NCBI GenBank assembly: GCA_965218435.1
Contig: CBDCKW010000009.1
Location: 2,784,001 to 2,848,000 of the forward strand
DNA length: 64,000 bases
Source of the DNA: Truepera sp.
Lineage (GTDB): Bacteria > Deinococcota > Deinococci > Deinococcales > Trueperaceae
Reading direction: 5' to 3'
The first letter of the stretch is position 1. Each line of letters begins with the position of its first letter. A model generated the notes under the pieces. It did not search any database, was not told the DNA's origin, and saw nothing but the letters and a program-made list of their open reading frames with translations. Made by a program: the position numbers and the translations under genes. Shown here one piece after another: positions 48,396 to 58,726 of the stretch.

Positions 48396-49370
48396 ATGAC
48401 GCGTTTTGCTGACGAGCTGTTAGCTTGGTTTACCGCGCGGCAGCGGCTCTTGCCGTGGCGTAAGGCGCGGACGCCTTACCGCATATGGGTTTCTGAAACG
48501 ATGCTGCAGCAGACGCAAGTAGCGACCGTCATCCCCTATTTTGAACGCTGGCTGACGCGTTTTCCCACACTCGCGGCGCTCGCCGCTGCGCCCCTGGAGG
48601 ACGTGCTTAAAGCGTGGGAAGGGCTCGGCTATTATCGCCGCGCCCGTCTGCTTCATGCGGGCGCACAGCGGGTGGTCGAAGCTTATGGCGGCGAGTTACC
48701 GGACACTTATGACGAACTTTTAGAACTACCGGGGATCGGTCCCTATACCGCAGCGGCCATCGCATCACTCGCATTTGGGGAGGCTGTTTTGGCCGTAGAC
48801 GGGAACGTCAAACGGGTGGCCTCGAGGCTCTTTTGCCTTCCCGGAGAACCCACACCGCGCACAGTCAGGGTGAGACTTGAGCCCTATTTACCGCCGACCC
48901 AAGCCGGTGCCTTTAACGAAGCATTGATGGAACTCGGCGCAACCGTATGTATCCCGCGCACTCCCCGCTGTAGCGAGTGCCCGGTCAGTAGAGATTGCAG
49001 CGCGTTTCAGGCGGGACGAGTCGGAGAGTTTCCGCATCCCAAGGTGCGTAAACAGGTGCCGCATCACCGCCGCTTTGCACTCGTTTATCAGCAAGAGGGC
49101 AAACTTTGGCTCCGCAAACGCGCGGAGAACGAGATGTTGGGCGGCTTGTGGGGGTTTGTCCTCAGCGACTCGGCTCCGCAGGGTCAGCAGCTCGAGCCCG
49201 TACAGCACGCTTACACCCACTTCAAAGTCACCGCGACGCCGGTTTTGATCGCAACGCCGCCGGAAGTCGGAACTTGGATCGAGCTGAGCTGCCTTCCGTC
49301 TTTAGCCATGTCGAAGCTGGACTATAAGATTTACGCCAAGGTGTCACCGGTCACAGCGCCCGCTCGGTAA
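48396..49370 (+). CDS. mutY: A/G-specific adenine glycosylase
   Basis: LPWR, WVSETMLQQTQV, WEGLGYY.RA, LPGIGPYTA, VDGNV; Fe-S motif C-X6-C-X2-C-X5-C. Confidence 0.95.
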   Translation: MTRFADELLAWFTARQRLLPWRKARTPYRIWVSETMLQQTQVATVIPYFERWLTRFPTLAALAAAPLEDVLKAWEGLGYYRRARLLHAGAQRVVEAYGGELPDTYDELLELPGIGPYTAAAIASLAFGEAVLAVDGNVKRVASRLFCLPGEPTPRTVRVRLEPYLPPTQAGAFNEALMELGATVCIPRTPRCSECPVSRDCSAFQAGRVGEFPHPKVRKQVPHHRRFALVYQQEGKLWLRKRAENEMLGGLWGFVLSDSAPQGQQLEPVQHAYTHFKVTATPVLIATPPEVGTWIELSCLPSLAMSKLDYKIYAKVSPVTAPAR

Positions 49371-49650
49371 GCTCCGTGTAGCACTGTAGCAGAGCATCAA
49401 CTCATTCCAAAGTTAGTTGAGGACGATTACAGCGTGTCTTACAAGAGAAGTGAAAGTCCAGAATAAAAAAGTTAGAAGTCAGTAGGTTGGCTAAAAATTT
49501 CTCGAGTGCTCAAGGCGTGACGACAAAAGCAAATGTCAACACAGCTTGAGACGACTGCCACTCAACATAGATTTGTATAAAAAGTCACATCTTAAAACTT
49601 AGGGTTAATTTCACGTTGCCTTCCGGAGCGAGCTGCCTAAACTTGTGGCT

Positions 49651-50232
49651 ATGTACGGACTTATCCGCTGTCCGGTGTGTAACCGCGACCCCAGCAACTA
49701 TAACGGCCTCTGTAAACGCTGCGCCGAAGGGTTGTTCGAGCCGCAGATTGGTCAGTTCGAGCTCTCTTTAGGGACCTACGGGGGGCAGCTCGAGCGGGCC
49801 GTACGCGCCTACAAGTTTCACGGGACTCGGCAGCTCGGGGGGCTGTTCGGGCGGCAGTTGGCTGAGACGCTTGAGGAAGCGGCGTGGCCCGTTGACACCC
49901 TCTGCGCCGTCCCGCTCCACGTAACGCGTTACCTGCACCGCGGCTACAACCAGTCGGCGCTCGTCGCGCGGAGCGCCGCAGAGCGCCGCGCACTCCCCTA
50001 CCGCCCCCTGTTACGGCGCGTCCGCACCACCAAGCAGCAGGCCAAACTCGGCGGGGCCGCGCGTGAAGAGAACGTCTCCGGCGCGTTTCAGTCACAGAAG
50101 CTGAGCGGCGAGCGGGTGCTACTCGTTGATGACGTGATGACGAGCGGCGCAACCGTGACCGAATGTGCGTTGACGCTACTGGGGGCCGGAGCAAGACAGG
50201 TTTACGTTGCGACGGTGGCTCGAGCCGCTTGA
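49651..50232 (+). CDS. comF: ComF family competence protein (Zn finger plus PRTase fold)
   Basis: Two CxxC motifs, VPLH, RGYNQS, LLVDDVMTSGAT; leaderless TAAACT before ATG 49651. Confidence 0.88.
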   Translation: MYGLIRCPVCNRDPSNYNGLCKRCAEGLFEPQIGQFELSLGTYGGQLERAVRAYKFHGTRQLGGLFGRQLAETLEEAAWPVDTLCAVPLHVTRYLHRGYNQSALVARSAAERRALPYRPLLRRVRTTKQQAKLGGAAREENVSGAFQSQKLSGERVLLVDDVMTSGATVTECALTLLGAGARQVYVATVARAA

Positions 50233-50290
50233 GGTATACAAACTCAGCCGGAGGCACTTTTGTTCAAGAAGCTGACGACTGCAAAACGGT

Positions 50291-50746
50291 TCAGCGCGGA
50301 TAGTCGTGAGGCTTGAGCAGATGCAAAACACACTCAGGTAGACCCTTTTCAGCGAGGTAGTTGACCAGTACGCTGGGATAAACCTCATGCTCAGCGAGTT
50401 CTTTGAGAGGTATCCAAACAGGCTCGTAGCTGCCGCGCTGTTCCGCACGAGAAAATTCTTCGCCTGTGCCGGAACCAAAGACACCACCGATTATTGCGGC
50501 GTGGTAGTACAGCTGCAGGTGCGTAACTTTATTCGCTTCAACCCTTTCAACGACCGCTATCAACCTCTGAATGTCAACGTCTACACCTAGTTCTTCTTTA
50601 GCTTCGCGAGTAGCGCCGTTTTCCGTGTATTCGCCCTCTTCGACGCCCCCACCGGGAATGACAAAATACTGGCGACTAGGCTTGACGCGTCTGATCAGCG
50701 CGAGACTGTCTCCATGCAATAAGATGACACCCGCACGAATTCTCAT
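50291..50746 (-). CDS. NUDIX hydrolase
   Basis: PGGGVEEGE....GATREAKEELG. Confidence 0.88.
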   Translation of the reverse strand: MRIRAGVILLHGDSLALIRRVKPSRQYFVIPGGGVEEGEYTENGATREAKEELGVDVDIQRLIAVVERVEANKVTHLQLYYHAAIIGGVFGSGTGEEFSRAEQRGSYEPVWIPLKELAEHEVYPSVLVNYLAEKGLPECVLHLLKPHDYPR

Positions 50747-50769
50747 CAGTTTATTTTTACAGAGCGTAG

Positions 50770-51753
50770 CTAACGCTTCACATTCCGCGCCAGCCGGTTT
50801 TGCAAGAGCACCACTAGCAGCAAAAACCCGCCGCGAATCACCGATTGCCAGTACGAACTGAGGCTGATCACGCCTCGGCCGTTTTCAAAGTTGAGCATAT
50901 TGAAGATCAAGCCCAGCAGTAGCGCCCCGGCAAAGGTGCCGCCGATACTGCCCAGACCGCCGGTCAGCAGCGTTCCGCCGACGACCACGGACGCGATTGC
51001 GGAGAGTTCCCAGCCGAGCCCTTCAGTCGGCTGACCGGCCCCGAACTGCGACGCTAAAATCACCCCGGCAAGCCCCGCCAGAAGCCCTGAAAGCACATAG
51101 ACGACGACGATCACGCGGTTTGTCGGGAGCCCCATCAAGCGGCTTGCCTCTTCGTTGTCGCCGATGGCGAGCACGTGCCGACCAAACGCCGTGTAGTTGA
51201 GCACGATAACCCCCACAATAAACGCAGCGAACATCAGCCACGCCGGAACCGGGAAACCAAACCAGTTACCCTGACCGAGCGCAATAAAGTTCGTGTCGTA
51301 AGACACGCCAACCGACTGATTGCGGGCGAGCGTCAGTGCGCCGCCACGCGCCGCGAGCATCATCGCTAACGTAGCGATAAAGGGCAAGACGTTGAGTCTA
51401 GCAATGACCAACCCGTTGATCAGCCCTAACGCACCTCCGGCAAGTACGGCGGCGAGCGTCGCAGGCCAGAGTCCGTAGGGACTAAGGAGGGCAGAGACAA
51501 CGCTCGAGAACGCCACTACACTCCCGACCGAAAGGTCGATCCCGCCCGTCATAATGACAAACGCCATCCCGAGTGAAATCAGCGCGAACATCGAGTTATA
51601 GCGTAAAAAACTCTCGATATTGTATGCAGACAAAAACCGCTCGTAACGCAGGCCACCGATGACAATCAGGGCCAAAAGCGCCACCCATACACCCTGACGC
51701 GTTAAAAATCCGAACCGGCGCACGGCCGGACGTTTCGTTGTTGAAGCAGTCAC
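50770..51753 (-). CDS. Sugar ABC permease (YjfF-like)
   Basis: GGIDLSVG, IGDNEEA, WELSAIASVVVGGT; SD AGGAG before GTG 51753. Confidence 0.9.
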   Translation of the reverse strand: MTASTTKRPAVRRFGFLTRQGVWVALLALIVIGGLRYERFLSAYNIESFLRYNSMFALISLGMAFVIMTGGIDLSVGSVVAFSSVVSALLSPYGLWPATLAAVLAGGALGLINGLVIARLNVLPFIATLAMMLAARGGALTLARNQSVGVSYDTNFIALGQGNWFGFPVPAWLMFAAFIVGVIVLNYTAFGRHVLAIGDNEEASRLMGLPTNRVIVVVYVLSGLLAGLAGVILASQFGAGQPTEGLGWELSAIASVVVGGTLLTGGLGSIGGTFAGALLLGLIFNMLNFENGRGVISLSSYWQSVIRGGFLLLVVLLQNRLARNVKR

Positions 51754-51779
51754 ATCTCTCCTAGCATCTGTGGCCGCGG

Positions 51780-52772
51780 CTAGCTTTTGCGTGGCCGCAA
51801 GAAATAAACCGCCGCGATAATGATGGCCGCTTTGACGACGAGCGCCGCTGCGTCCGGTACACCCCGAGCCAGCAGCGTGTAACGGATAAGCTGCAAAATA
51901 CACGCGCCCAACAGGGTACCGATCACGTAAGCGCGGCCCCCTGTCAGGGCAGTGCCCCCGACCGCGACAGCGGCAATCGCGTCGAGTTCCATGTTGAGGC
52001 CGACCTGATTGGCGTCCGAGGCGCGGTTGATTGCGACGACAATCAGCCCCGCGACCCCGGCCAGCAGACCGCTTAGCGTGTACACCGCGAGCTTGACCCG
52101 GTTGACCGGTACCCCGGCGAGCCGAGCTGCAGCTTCATTGTCTCCGATAGCCAGCAGATGACGCCCAAACACGGTTGCCCGTACGAGCCAAGCTGCGCCG
52201 AGCGTAATGACGAGCATCAGCCAGACCTGAAAGGGAATGCCTAAAAAACGGCCGTACGCGATCGTCTCAAAGGCCGGATTGCGAAACGACTGTAAGTTGC
52301 CGTTGGTTAAAACTTGGGCAATGCCGCGACCGGCGATATAGAGAATCAGCGTCGCAATAATCGGTTGAATCCGAAACCGAGTGATCAGCGCACCGTTAAA
52401 AAGACCACCGACGCCAGCGGCGAGCACCGGCAAGATAAAGGCCAGCACCAATCCGAGCGCGGGCGACCAACCGGGATAGGTAAAAAGCATCGGCGCGAGC
52501 GCCCCACTGATCGCCATCAGCGACCCGACCGAGAGGTCGATGCCACCGGTGGCAATCACGAGCGTCATCCCAACCCCGACAATCGCAACTGTCGCAACTT
52601 GCGTGAGGTTGACGTTCAGGGTGCGGAGGCTTAAAAAGTTATGGGTAAAGGCGATGTTAAAAGCGATCAGAGCGAGCAGCGCAAGCAGCGCCGCGACAGT
52701 TGGCTCAACGCGCCAGGTGCGCCTGGGCCTAGCTGCCGCCGGGGTTGCCGGGCGGCTCGCTTCAGGACGCAT
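51780..52772 (-). CDS. Sugar ABC permease (YtfT-like)
   Basis: GMTLVIATGGIDLSVG, IQPIIATL, ELDAIAAVAVGGT. Confidence 0.9.
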   Translation of the reverse strand: MRPEASRPATPAAARPRRTWRVEPTVAALLALLALIAFNIAFTHNFLSLRTLNVNLTQVATVAIVGVGMTLVIATGGIDLSVGSLMAISGALAPMLFTYPGWSPALGLVLAFILPVLAAGVGGLFNGALITRFRIQPIIATLILYIAGRGIAQVLTNGNLQSFRNPAFETIAYGRFLGIPFQVWLMLVITLGAAWLVRATVFGRHLLAIGDNEAAARLAGVPVNRVKLAVYTLSGLLAGVAGLIVVAINRASDANQVGLNMELDAIAAVAVGGTALTGGRAYVIGTLLGACILQLIRYTLLARGVPDAAALVVKAAIIIAAVYFLRPRKS

Positions 52773-54369
52773 AAGGCTCTCCGGTCGTAGCCGCCGGATC
52801 GATACCGTCCGTCTTTGCACCTTCTGTTTCGGCACCAGTTGCAATCAAGTTCATCATCGCCGCCTCGCTGACCTCATCGCCGCCGAGTTCAGCGACGCTG
52901 ACACCGTCGCGGAGGACGACTACCCGGTCACAGCCTTCGCTGAGTTCTTCTAGCTCCGACGAGATCATCAGCACTCCGAGCCCCGACTCGGCCAGGTCGT
53001 CGATCAGTTTTTGGATTTCACCCTTGGCTCCTACGTCAATCCCCCGGGTCGGCTCGTCTAGGATCAGCAGCTTGGGGTTCAAACAGAGCCAGCGGGCGAG
53101 GAGAACTTTTTGCTGATTGCCCCCGGAAAGCTCGCCGATAGGTTGCTGCGCCCCCGCCGTTTTCACCCCCAGCTTTTCGATAAACGTTTCGACAATTTCA
53201 TGCTGGCGGGCGCGGTCAACCACGCCTGCGCGGGCGAGTTGAGGTAGCAACGCCAACGTCAAGTTTTCCTGGACCGACATCTGCGGGATAATACCCTCGG
53301 CTTTACGGTCTTCTGAGCAAAAGCCGATGCCCGCGCGAATCGCGTCGGCGGGCGTGTCAAACTGAGCAGCTTGCCCAGCAAACGTCACAGTGCCTTCTTG
53401 AAGCGTATCCGCGCCGAAAATCAGCCGCGCCGTTTCAGTGCGGCCCGCACCTAAAAGCCCGGCTAAACCGACGATTTCGCCACTGCCGACGCTCACATTC
53501 ACGCCGCGCACTTTGGGTTGGTGAGTCAGGTTCTGCGCCTCGAGCAGCGTTTTAGCACCCCCACCATGACGCGTCTTAAAGGCCGTTTGGCCACCCTTGG
53601 CCACGTCTTGCGCATTTTTCCCGAGCATCTGCGCGACCAGCTCGAGCCGCCCCAGCGCGGCCATCTCCCCTGAAAAAACCGTCTCACCGTCACGCAACAC
53701 GGTAATCCGGTCACACACCGCGTAAAGCTCGTCCAGGCGGTGGGTGATAAAAAGCGTCGCCACCCCGTCAGCTTTAAGTTGCCGAATTACCCCGAAAAGC
53801 AGTTCGACCTCGCGGTCGTCGAGTGATGAGGTCGGTTCGTCCATCACCACGAGCCGCGTCTGAAACGACACGGCCCGCGCGATGGCGACCATCTGCTGCA
53901 CCGCGATATTGTAGGTGCCGAGCGGCTGCGTCACGTCAATATGGATGTTAAAGCGGGTCAGCAGCGCCTCGGCGTCACGGTTCATGGTGCGCCAGTTGAG
54001 GAGCCCCCAACGTTTGGGTTCGCGGCCCAAAAAAATATTTTCAGCGACCGAGCGGAGCGGCACGAGATTCACCTCTTGATAAATCGTGCTGATACCCGCC
54101 GCTTGTGCCGCGCCCGGTGAGGTGAAATCAACCTCTTGACCCAAAAACCGAACACTACCCGCGTCGCGGCGGTACGCCCCGGTCAGGATTTTAATCAGCG
54201 TTGATTTGCCCGCGCCGTTCTGCCCGACGAGCGCGTGAACCTCGCCGGGGGCGACGCTCAGCCGCGCCTCATTCAGTGCTCGAACACCGCCAAAAGCCTT
54301 GATGACGCCCCCAACCTCGAGCAGCGTCCCGGTTTCGGGGGTTTGGTGAACGGTTACAGAACGGGTCAC
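52762..54369 (-). CDS. Sugar ABC ATPase (YtfR/RbsA-like)
   Basis: GQNGAGKST, IYQEVNL, LSGGNQQK, DEPTRGIDVG. Confidence 0.93.
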   Translation of the reverse strand: MTRSVTVHQTPETGTLLEVGGVIKAFGGVRALNEARLSVAPGEVHALVGQNGAGKSTLIKILTGAYRRDAGSVRFLGQEVDFTSPGAAQAAGISTIYQEVNLVPLRSVAENIFLGREPKRWGLLNWRTMNRDAEALLTRFNIHIDVTQPLGTYNIAVQQMVAIARAVSFQTRLVVMDEPTSSLDDREVELLFGVIRQLKADGVATLFITHRLDELYAVCDRITVLRDGETVFSGEMAALGRLELVAQMLGKNAQDVAKGGQTAFKTRHGGGAKTLLEAQNLTHQPKVRGVNVSVGSGEIVGLAGLLGAGRTETARLIFGADTLQEGTVTFAGQAAQFDTPADAIRAGIGFCSEDRKAEGIIPQMSVQENLTLALLPQLARAGVVDRARQHEIVETFIEKLGVKTAGAQQPIGELSGGNQQKVLLARWLCLNPKLLILDEPTRGIDVGAKGEIQKLIDDLAESGLGVLMISSELEELSEGCDRVVVLRDGVSVAELGGDEVSEAAMMNLIATGAETEGAKTDGIDPAATTGEPYAS

Positions 54370-54495
54370 ACGGTTTCCAAAACAGCTCTCAGCCTAAATG
54401 TTGTTACACATGTTGTCATAAACGTCATTGCAAGCGTCATCAGCGGGTCCTCGTAAAATACAGCAGATATTTCTCGTGTGAACTTCACGCGTAAA

Positions 54496-54519
54496 CAGGC
54501 AGGGCGAACCCTGCCTGTA
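54496..54519. terminator. Hairpin after the sugar-binding protein gene
   Basis: Stem acaggcaggg/ccctgcctgt; typical differential-stability hairpin in an ABC operon. Confidence 0.6.
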
Positions 54520-54539
54520 AGTTAGGTAAAACCTAGGTA

Positions 54540-55493
54540 CTAGTACGCGCCTGCGAGACCCTCGGCGGCGTTCGCGGCGGTGTAGTCACGGTCTTCGAGG
54601 ATGAGTTTAGGCGGAATTGTTTCGCCGCTGGCGTAAGACGCCAGCGTATCAAAGGCGATCGGCCCGAAGCGCGGGTTTGATTCAACAACGTAGTTGATTT
54701 TGCCGTCAACCACGAGTTGCACCGCTTCTTTACCGCCGTCAATCGAGAGCACCATCACATCTTTGCCGGGGGTGCGGCCCGCCGCCTCGAGCGCGGCTAC
54801 GGCCCCAATCGCCATCTCGTCGTTGTGCGCGTAGACGACGTTCACCTCCGGATGCGCTTGCAGCAAAGTTTCCATTACCTGACGACCGGTGTCACGCGCA
54901 AAGTCACCGGACTGCGACGCAACAATCGTCATGTTGTCATGCTGGGCGATCACGTCGTCAAAACCTTTTTTACGGTCGTTGGCGGGCGAGGAACCGGTTG
55001 TGCCCTCGAGCTCGATAATCTTGACGTCACCGCTCGAGTTCTCGACTAGCCAGTCGGCGACGCGTTGCCCCTGCTGAATAAAGTCCGACCCGATAAAGGT
55101 CACGTAGTCTTGACCGGCTTCGGCGATCGACTGATCGACATTACGGTCGAGCAAAATCACCGGAATCCCAGCGTTTTTCGCCTCCATGACCACGGGTGCA
55201 AGTGGCTTTTCTTCGCGGGGCGCTAAAAAGATCATGTCCACGCCTTGGGCAATCATCGAACGCACGTCGGCTACCTGTTTGGCCGCCGACCCTGCCGCGT
55301 CGGTATAGACGAGCTGATCGCCGCGTTCTTTGGCTGTTTCTTGCATCGAATTGGTTTCGGCGATACGCCAGGGGTTGTTGCTCTCGGTTTGGGCAAAACC
55401 AACCGTGTAGCTGTCCTGCTTTTCCAACGCCGGGGGTTGCGCGAAGGCAGCGCCCAAGAGTAGCAAGCTTAAAAGTCCACAAATTCGTTTCAT
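54540..55493 (-). CDS. Sugar ABC substrate-binding protein (YtfQ-like)
   Basis: Signal peptide; VGFAQ.E...WR.AET.S, GIPVILLDR, HNDEMA.GA, SIDG. Confidence 0.9.
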   Translation of the reverse strand: MKRICGLLSLLLLGAAFAQPPALEKQDSYTVGFAQTESNNPWRIAETNSMQETAKERGDQLVYTDAAGSAAKQVADVRSMIAQGVDMIFLAPREEKPLAPVVMEAKNAGIPVILLDRNVDQSIAEAGQDYVTFIGSDFIQQGQRVADWLVENSSGDVKIIELEGTTGSSPANDRKKGFDDVIAQHDNMTIVASQSGDFARDTGRQVMETLLQAHPEVNVVYAHNDEMAIGAVAALEAAGRTPGKDVMVLSIDGGKEAVQLVVDGKINYVVESNPRFGPIAFDTLASYASGETIPPKLILEDRDYTAANAAEGLAGAY

Positions 55494-55817
55494 ATCCGTT
55501 CCTTTCGTCGTGCTCCTAGGGAGTAAGTAGAGCACTGAGCAAACCTGAAGGGCCAACCAGCCGGTAGTAACGACGCCTCCTAAAAACAGATGATTGACCG
55601 GGTGCAAGCCCGTAGGTATACGAACAATTTATCCGGCGCTCGCATAAAAGTCAAGTTTTTTGGTGCTAAAGTCTTCATCTAACCGTAGCTGCGAGGTTAC
55701 GCTTGCTACGCGCTACCAGCTAAAGACGAGAAAAAGCGTTACCGTACGGTTTCTTTTTAGCCGGTTATGTGAAAGAATAGGTCAAAATATTTTACGGAAT
55801 GGATAGTTATCATTCGT

Positions 55818-56792
55818 TTGGAGCAGCTGATGATTGTAGCCGGGAATAAAACGCTGACGGTTGATGGGGACGGAGCCCTTGGTGTACTGCAAGCTTTAAG
55901 TTCAGAGACGCGCCTGTTGATGCTGAGTTTGCTGTCGCACCGCGTGATGAACGTCTCCGACCTGACCAAGGCGCTGGGATTGCCGCACTCGACCGTTAAC
56001 TTTAACTTAAAGCAGCTCGAGGAGGCCGGACTTTTGCAGGTGCAGTACACCCCCGGTACCCGTGGGCGGCAAAAACTTATCTCAAAACGTTACGACGAGG
56101 TGCTCTTAAAACTCCCCGGTATCGGGATTGAAAGCTCACCGGACGTGGTCGAGGTCTCGATGCCGATCGGTAACTTTAAGCGGTTCGAGGTGCGGCCCAC
56201 CTGCGGGCTCGCGTCCGAGCGTAAATTTATCGGGATGATTGACGACCCGCGCAGCTTTTACGAACCCGAACACGTCTTCGCGCAGATTTTGTGGTTTCGT
56301 GAAGGTTTTGTCGAGTACGACTTTCCCAACAACGTCCCTTACGGCGCGTCGGCGACCGACCTCGAGTTATCCGTTGAACTCTGCTCCGAAGCGCCCGAAT
56401 ACGACCTCGACTGGCCCTCGGACATCACCTTATGGATCAATAATATTGAACTCGGAACCTGGACGGTACCGGGCGACTACGGCGGTGAACGTGGTCGCCT
56501 GACGCCCCCGTGGTGGCAGACCGAGCAGACGCAGTACGGCCTTCTGACGCAGTGGCGCGTCACGGGGCACGGCGTAACGGTCGGCGATAAAAAACTCTCG
56601 AGCCTGACCTTAAACGACCTGAATCTAGACGCGCACAACCATATCTCGGTGCGGTTCGGCATCAAAGCTGACGCGGCGCATGTCGGCGGCGTCAATCTCT
56701 TTGGCCGTAAGTTCGGCAATCATCCGCAAGACCTGCTCCTCCACACCCGTTACGCGTTTCGTGAAGGGGAGCGGCCTTACAAGCTCAAGTAG
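55818..56792 (+). CDS. ArsR-type HTH regulator with a large C-terminal domain (start possibly ATG 55830)
   Basis: ALSSETRL..L, HTH, PGTRGRQK; C-terminal PTCGLA, ELCSEAP, WPSDIT, QYG.L; divergent from the sugar ABC operon. Confidence 0.85.
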   Translation: MEQLMIVAGNKTLTVDGDGALGVLQALSSETRLLMLSLLSHRVMNVSDLTKALGLPHSTVNFNLKQLEEAGLLQVQYTPGTRGRQKLISKRYDEVLLKLPGIGIESSPDVVEVSMPIGNFKRFEVRPTCGLASERKFIGMIDDPRSFYEPEHVFAQILWFREGFVEYDFPNNVPYGASATDLELSVELCSEAPEYDLDWPSDITLWINNIELGTWTVPGDYGGERGRLTPPWWQTEQTQYGLLTQWRVTGHGVTVGDKKLSSLTLNDLNLDAHNHISVRFGIKADAAHVGGVNLFGRKFGNHPQDLLLHTRYAFREGERPYKLK

Positions 56793-56795
56793 CCG

Positions 56796-57761
56796 TCAAT
56801 GCGTCAACGGCTCAGCGTTACGGACACAAGCGGTCTCGAGCGCTTGAACTCGAGACGTCACCCGGTAGCGGCCGGGTGGCTGCGAACGGGCACGGCTGAA
56901 AGCGCGGCTAAAGGCGTAAACAGAGGTGTACCCGACAGCAGCGGCGACGGTCTCCAAGTCGTCATCGGTATCCCTAAGCCTCAGGGCCGCAAGGTCCATA
57001 CGCCACCTCTTGAGGTAAGCCGCAGGCGTTTGACCGATTACAGTGGGAAAGCGCCGCGACAACGTAGCTCGGGACACGTGAATCTCTGCCGCTAGGTCGG
57101 CGGTCGTCCAGTCCCTGGCGGGGTCTTGGTGAAGTTTGGTCAGTGCTTTTTGAATCATAGGGTCACCGAGTACCCCCAGCCAGGTGCCCTCTAATTGAGC
57201 GGGTTGAGTCTCGAGCCACACCCGCAAAAGCTGAATCAGCAAGATATCAACCAAACTGTTGAGGACGACCTCGGTGGCCAGTTGCGGGTACGCCAGCTCC
57301 CTCGCCAGGAGCCGCACTGTATCGCCCAGAGAGCTGCCGCCGTGGTCGGCGCGGAGGTGAACGACCTCGGGCAGTAGGGTCAAAAGCTGAGTCGAGACCG
57401 CCGGGTCATGTTGATAGTGTGCACAGAGAATATGTGTCTGAACCGGCCCGGAACCGATCCTTACAAGCCTACCGTCAGACCACCGTAAGGCCGCGTTGGG
57501 ATCGCCGGGGAGCGGCACACTGCCGGGGTCACTCGACAAACTGTGTTCCGTACCCGACGGCAGCAAAACGACGTCACCCGGCATCAGTTGTCTCGGCGGC
57601 TGACCGCTCAGGCTAAGCCAAACGGTGCCGGAGGTAACCGCGTGAAACGCAGCTCCAGGAAGGTCATGGGTCCGCCAGCCCCACGCGGCCCCAGCCTCGA
57701 TACGGGCCGCGACAGTACCGCGCACGCCGGACACCGCGAGCACCTCGGCAAGTAAATCCAT
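56796..57761 (-). CDS. AraC family regulator (cupin N-terminal domain)
   Basis: FHAV..G, GDVVLLP.G..H, SRATLSRRF, WRMDLA, VGYTS..AFSRAF; leaderless TATCTT. Confidence 0.92.
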   Translation of the reverse strand: MDLLAEVLAVSGVRGTVAARIEAGAAWGWRTHDLPGAAFHAVTSGTVWLSLSGQPPRQLMPGDVVLLPSGTEHSLSSDPGSVPLPGDPNAALRWSDGRLVRIGSGPVQTHILCAHYQHDPAVSTQLLTLLPEVVHLRADHGGSSLGDTVRLLARELAYPQLATEVVLNSLVDILLIQLLRVWLETQPAQLEGTWLGVLGDPMIQKALTKLHQDPARDWTTADLAAEIHVSRATLSRRFPTVIGQTPAAYLKRWRMDLAALRLRDTDDDLETVAAAVGYTSVYAFSRAFSRARSQPPGRYRVTSRVQALETACVRNAEPLTH

Positions 57762-57956
57762 AAGCGCAAGATACTAAAAACGAATCTGAGAAGCAAGCGG
57801 TTGCAAAACCTAGCTGAGCAGAAACGTCACATTGTTGAGGCATTTAGATATTAAATTGACTCAGATAAGCATTGTAACGATCATTTTAAGATGCATATAA
57901 TAATCCGTGTCGGCGGCGTCAGTCACCCCTAGCCCGACAGTTAATAGGAGTTCGTT

Positions 57957-58661
57957 ATGAAATTATCCGGTAGTACAGCCCTCGTCACCGGAGCCAACCG
58001 AGGTTTGGGCCGACAGTTTGCCGAACAGCTGCTTGGGCGAGGCGCGAAGGTCTACGCAACAGCGCGTAATCCTGAACGTATAGACGTCCCCGGCGTCGAG
58101 ACCCTACAACTCGACATCACCGATGCAGCGTCCGTTGCCGCAGCAGCGGCGGCAGCTCCCGACGTCAACCTAATTATCAACAACGCCGGTGTCATGACCT
58201 CTCAAAACCTGGTGACCGGCGACTTGGGGAACATCCGGCTCGAGATGGAGACGGCCTACTTCGGTACACTCAATATAGTTCGGGCGTTTGCCCCCAGCTT
58301 GGCGGCAAACGGCGGCGGGGCGATCCTCAACGTCTTGTCGGCGCTGTCATGGTTTTCTTACGACGGTACGAACGCTTACAGCGCGGCCAAGGCTGCCGAG
58401 TGGAGTCTGACCAATGGGATTCGCCTCGAGCTTGCAGGGCAAAAAACATTGGTTACAGGGTTGCATCTAGGCGCTGCCGATACCGACATGATGGCTGGCT
58501 ACGAGGGGGAAAAGAGCGACCCCGCCGACATCGTACGCACCGCACTAGGCGGCCTCGAGGCGGGTAAGCTAGAGGTTCTCGCTGACGACTGGAGCACCTA
58601 CATCAAGGCTTCGTTAGCTGGTGATCCAAAAAACTTTTACTTTCCCGAGCCGGTCACCTGA
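57957..58661 (+). CDS. SDR family oxidoreductase
   Basis: TGANRGLG, NNAG, YSAAK; SD AGGAG; TATAAT at 57896. Confidence 0.93.
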   Translation: MKLSGSTALVTGANRGLGRQFAEQLLGRGAKVYATARNPERIDVPGVETLQLDITDAASVAAAAAAAPDVNLIINNAGVMTSQNLVTGDLGNIRLEMETAYFGTLNIVRAFAPSLAANGGGAILNVLSALSWFSYDGTNAYSAAKAAEWSLTNGIRLELAGQKTLVTGLHLGAADTDMMAGYEGEKSDPADIVRTALGGLEAGKLEVLADDWSTYIKASLAGDPKNFYFPEPVT

Positions 58662-58697
58662 ACAGGTCGTAAGCCTGTCTACTGCTGTAGATACCAG

Positions 58698-58726
58698 ACC
58701 ACCTCTCAGCAGCGGGAGGTGGTTTT
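58698..58726 (+). terminator. Intrinsic terminator after the SDR gene
   Basis: Stem accacctc/gaggtggt followed by T-run. Confidence 0.65.
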
